This document shows positions 28,199-31,621 of a DNA stretch of 31,621 nt, one piece after another (position 1 is the stretch's first letter; each line of letters opens with the position of its first letter). Position numbers and translations under genes: made by a program. The stretch lies in contig JAHLWS010000054.1 in NCBI GenBank assembly GCA_019057795.1, positions 1-31,621 on the forward strand, read 5' to 3'. This DNA is from Promethearchaeota archaeon (GTDB lineage: Archaea; Asgardarchaeota; Lokiarchaeia; Sigyniarchaeales; SOKP01). The notes under the pieces are model-generated. The model searched no databases, was not told where the DNA came from, and worked only from the letters and a program-made list of their open reading frames with translations.

Positions 28199-28221
28199 AA
28201 AAAAAAGGATTTAGAAAACTG

Positions 28222-28398
28222 TTAGATTAATAACAGCCTATTTTTTCTTGTTATTTTGTTAAAGATTATTGGAATCATCAAACAAATTACTGAAACGAAG
28301 AGAAAAGATAATATTGGGGCAATAACCCGAATCGTATCTATTCCAATGAATTTTTTTCCATCGTTTAATTGACCAGCTACAATAATTTTAAAGATCAT
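28222..28398 (-). pseudogene. Short ORF / C-terminal remnant of a membrane-anchored surface protein (58 aa)
   Basis: MIFKIIVAGQLNDGKKFIGIDTIRVI followed by a hydrophobic helix and basic tail (RKNR). Confidence 0.45.
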
Positions 28399-28517
28399 AA
28401 TTAATTAAAAATAGTCTAACTCATCCAAATAATAAATAATTGGGAGAAATCTTATATGAAAAATTTGCGATTAATGCAGCATGTCTGAGTTCTTTACTGA
28501 GCTCTTGCTAAATATCA

Positions 28518-29321
28518 TCAATATTTTACATTAACGCCATTCTTAACTAATTCAACTAGTAATGTTCTAAGATTTTTATCTGATTTTAAAGGATTATTCC
28601 GTAAATCTAAATATTTTAGGGCGGATAACTTAGTTAGTGACATAGGAAGTTGGTTTAGTTTGTTATATCTTAATTCAAGGATTCTAAGAGATTTCAACTC
28701 TCCAATGTATTCTGGAATTGACTCTAATCTTAAACTATTCATTAGCAGGATATGAAGTGCTTTTAACTTAGTAATTGTTATAGGAATTTCAACGTTTTTA
28801 ACTCCAAGATCATACAACTGAGAGAGTTCCAACTGAAAAATTCTATTTCTGTAAACAGGGTAAAATAAACCGATACCATGGTGTCCTAAGACTGTTATAG
28901 CAAATTCATTCACTTTTCTTCCTATTAGTCGTACTTGAGTTGGGTTGAACTGATTTCTTAATGACGTTTGAATTTCTTGAAGTACTTCAAATTCTTCTTC
29001 AGGCATTAGAAATCCATTTTTTTCTATTAAAGCACTGTTAAATTTAGGAATTTCACTTGAACTAATCTCTTGTATTATATCATTTTCAATAAACGAGATT
29101 CTCTGAGCGCTACCAAACTCGAAATCTTTCTCCCCCTGAAATATTTGAGGATGAAATCTTAGGTAGTGTTTTTGATCAAGTCGGGTAAATATCCTCGCAA
29201 GTAGTCCTACAACTCTATATCTTTCTCTTTTTTTTTGAGAAGTTGTCGCTTGAGGAGAAAAACGATTAATTTTCCCCCCTTTCTTAATCCAATTATTAAG
29301 TGAATGGAGCTCTTTAATCAA
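28518..29321 (-). CDS. Leucine-rich repeat protein
   Basis: C-terminal LRRs (LELSQLY, LKALHILLM, LKSLRILELRYNKL, LSALKYLDLRNNPL). Confidence 0.85.
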   Translation of the reverse strand: MIKELHSLNNWIKKGGKINRFSPQATTSQKKRERYRVVGLLARIFTRLDQKHYLRFHPQIFQGEKDFEFGSAQRISFIENDIIQEISSSEIPKFNSALIEKNGFLMPEEEFEVLQEIQTSLRNQFNPTQVRLIGRKVNEFAITVLGHHGIGLFYPVYRNRIFQLELSQLYDLGVKNVEIPITITKLKALHILLMNSLRLESIPEYIGELKSLRILELRYNKLNQLPMSLTKLSALKYLDLRNNPLKSDKNLRTLLVELVKNGVNVKY

Positions 29322-29346
29322 AAATCTAATTACTAAAGAATCTGAT

Positions 29347-31158
29347 TTATATTATAATGCTCTCTATTTCATCACTTTCAATTTTTATAATCTCAAATAA
29401 AAACCTGAAACAAAAATCCATGTCTTTTAGATATTTTTCTTCTTGAGCACATAGCATAATTTTATTTTCAAGTGATTCCTTTATCTTTGTACAAAATTTA
29501 TCCCGAAAATATTTCGGTATCCTTGTTAATAAGATATCTTCGATATTTGGAGTAATTACTTCGTTATGAAAATGAAACTTTTCCGATCTTAGGGTATATT
29601 TTAAGTGCTCGAGTGAACAATATAGGAATATAGTAATATCAAAATTTTGTATCTTTACAGTTAAAGATCCTTTATAGTTTTCATGTATACTACTAATAAT
29701 GTTTTGAGCATAATTTTTTTCAAGATAAAGCTTATAGTGATTTATTAAAACATTGGGATTTCCTTTTTTATCTATTATAAGATATAGTTTTCCTAACGGA
29801 TTATTTTTCAATACTTCCCCTTTCAATTGATTTAATGCTTTATGAGCACCCTTATCTTCAGAATTGGCTATCTTTTTTATAAACAAAAAGAAAAATTTTA
29901 ATGCTATACCTTCTCGAAGAAGATCTAACACCCAACTTTTTAAATTATAATTCTCATCAGTAAATATAATTTGAAGGTTTCTATATTCTAAATTTATTAA
30001 CAAATCATATAGGAACTCTAAGCCCCTTTCATTACGTTTTAGATGATGTAAAAGTCCCTCTTTTAAATTATTATAGTCATCTGTTAAAAGAGCGTATAAT
30101 TTTTCATTCGATAAATAACCAATTGATTCCCTCAAATTGTAAAAAGCATCATCCTCATCTGTAAAAGCTAATTTATCTATAACCTCCAAGAAACTATAAA
30201 AATATTTCTCTATCCATCCTGTTTTCTTTGCTACTTCAAGTAACATTTTAAAACCTAAGAATTTAATATCAACATGGAATAATTTCACAATTCGCTCCAG
30301 AAAAGTACAAAACATTGTTTCATATTCTTCTATTTTTACTAAATCCCATAATTTATAAAAAGCAGCAAACCTATTTGGTAATTTATCGAAAACTTCTAAG
30401 ATGGTAGCAAGATTTTCTTCTATCCACCCTTCTTTATTCATTACTTCAAGTAGGACAGAAAAAGTATGATTCCTATCCTTCTTATCTAATTCATCAATAA
30501 CCTCTAAGAGGGCTACACAGTGTTCTTCACTCCAACCATTTTCTTCTGAGTTTTCTAGTATTTTTGAAAGAATTTCTTGATGTTCATTTGATTGCATTAA
30601 ATATCTCAGAGTCGCAGAGATATTCTTTTCCATTAAATGTATCAATTCTTGTGTTTCAAAGTAATCCAGTAAATTCATTTCATATATACATTTAACAACG
30701 GAAGGATATCCGCTCTCGAAATGTATTGCAATCTCCTCTTTAAACACTTTTTTAGCGAGGGGATCTCCAACTTCAGTAAGCTTTCTTAGTAAAGGGAATG
30801 CCAGATTGCTGTGCAAAAGCCGTGTATCGTAGTCGTTTTCATACCACGCTTGCAAGTTCGAGCAATGTCCCCAAAATTCTGTTTCAGGATCAATTTCATA
30901 TTCAACTCCCTTTTGCCCATCATATGTCCAACCTAAAATATCAGCAGCTTCGTCAATAGATTCAATTTCGTCAAACCTCTCGGTCTCCTCAATGGGAATG
31001 TTTAACATAAGATACTTACACTGGATAAAAAGTTTTCCCTTCATGTAAATATTGGTTCCACCCTCTTCTAATTTAAGAGTAAGGAACTCGTTGATTTTAA
31101 ACTCTTTCATGAATTGTTTGGTAAAATTTGTCTTTTTTCTATTGTAATAATGATCCAC
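29347..31158 (-). CDS. Lokiarchaeia-expanded family protein (FWGHCSNLQAW N-terminal domain) with ~35-aa helical repeats; start may be the ATG at 31110
   Basis: EFKINEFLTLKLE..FWGHCSNLQAWYENDYDTRLLHSNLAFPLL..GDPLAKKVFKEEI, with repeated GW.E.....LLEV.DKL units. Confidence 0.8.
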   Translation of the reverse strand: MDHYYNRKKTNFTKQFMKEFKINEFLTLKLEEGGTNIYMKGKLFIQCKYLMLNIPIEETERFDEIESIDEAADILGWTYDGQKGVEYEIDPETEFWGHCSNLQAWYENDYDTRLLHSNLAFPLLRKLTEVGDPLAKKVFKEEIAIHFESGYPSVVKCIYEMNLLDYFETQELIHLMEKNISATLRYLMQSNEHQEILSKILENSEENGWSEEHCVALLEVIDELDKKDRNHTFSVLLEVMNKEGWIEENLATILEVFDKLPNRFAAFYKLWDLVKIEEYETMFCTFLERIVKLFHVDIKFLGFKMLLEVAKKTGWIEKYFYSFLEVIDKLAFTDEDDAFYNLRESIGYLSNEKLYALLTDDYNNLKEGLLHHLKRNERGLEFLYDLLINLEYRNLQIIFTDENYNLKSWVLDLLREGIALKFFFLFIKKIANSEDKGAHKALNQLKGEVLKNNPLGKLYLIIDKKGNPNVLINHYKLYLEKNYAQNIISSIHENYKGSLTVKIQNFDITIFLYCSLEHLKYTLRSEKFHFHNEVITPNIEDILLTRIPKYFRDKFCTKIKESLENKIMLCAQEEKYLKDMDFCFRFLFEIIKIESDEIESIII

Positions 31159-31180
31159 ATCATATAAATAGATAATTGTC

Positions 31181-31240
31181 TAATGCATAAGAAAAAAAAA
31201 TTAGCATCTTATTCAAAATAACTTCTTTTTGGGTTTAACT
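31181..31240. repeat. Direct repeat copy 2; covers the last codons, stop and T-tract terminator of the rightmost gene
   Basis: Matches 28048-28105 and encodes VKPKKKLF* on the minus strand. Confidence 0.92.
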
Positions 31241-31620
31241 TTTAATAATATCAAGGGAGCTAACGCTAAGGTTGATAGCATTCCAGCGATTATAATTAAA
31301 GTCTCAATCGGAACAAAGGCAGATAAGTAAGTTCCAAAGGGTATAAAAATCACGCAACTAAGTGCATATGCTATTTTAAAGCATTGATATGTTAAAGTCT
31401 TATACTTCCCGTTATTAGAAATAGTTATCATTAACGAAGCGTAGTTTAACATCATTACACCGGCAATTACTTGCATAATGCCTTGGATAATCATAAAAAA
31501 TAAAAAATCTGAAATCGCCATCAGAAAAGTTAAAACAGCATATAATCCAACTGTAATAACGATGATCTTTTTTCGATTAGATAGCTTAAAAGCATACAAT
31601 ACTTCGTCTTGATTATCATC
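31213..31620 (-). CDS. Membrane protein (MFS-like permease C-terminus), 5'-truncated by the window edge
   Basis: About four TM helices. The frame stays open to the end of the window. Confidence 0.7.
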   Translation of the reverse strand, partial: DDNQDEVLYAFKLSNRKKIIVITVGLYAVLTFLMAISDFLFFMIIQGIMQVIAGVMMLNYASLMITISNNGKYKTLTYQCFKIAYALSCVIFIPFGTYLSAFVPIETLIIIAGMLSTLALAPLILLKVKPKKKLF

Positions 31621-31621
31621 C

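Noticed and set aside
28048-31240. DGR template/variable repeat pair
   Set aside because: The coding part of the repeat is identical rather than adenine-mutagenised, it is short, and there is no reverse transcriptase in the window.

Overview
AT-rich archaeal chromosome segment, most likely from Asgard archaea (Lokiarchaeia/Promethearchaeota). This assignment rests on my recognition of Loki-type gene families, CFeSP gamma, RNase Z, T-tract terminators and GGTGA-type ribosome-binding sites. The left half is an anaerobic redox/sulfur island: an unannotated 45-aa rubredoxin, an acyl-CoA dehydrogenase-rubredoxin fusion, desulfoferrodoxin, rubrerythrin, a CoA-disulfide reductase-rhodanese-TusA-rhodanese fusion, an IscU fusion, an IscS lacking its PLP lysine, and TusA. 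Two large modular proteins with C-terminal homing-endonuclease-like domains (degenerate GIY-YIG; LAGLIDADG) flank and interrupt it. The middle carries a corrinoid protein, an unexplained ~150-nt structured RNA candidate, an ABC exporter, a coiled-coil protein, RNase Z, a ubiquitin-like carrier ending GG-F, a SNAP/TPR-like protein, a HAD hydrolase and cdhE. At the right end, a ~3.1-kb integrase-less segment (two Loki-type repeat proteins plus two gene fragments) is bracketed by a ~60-bp direct repeat that duplicates the 3' end and terminator of the neighbouring gene. No rRNA, tRNA or CRISPR array was seen.
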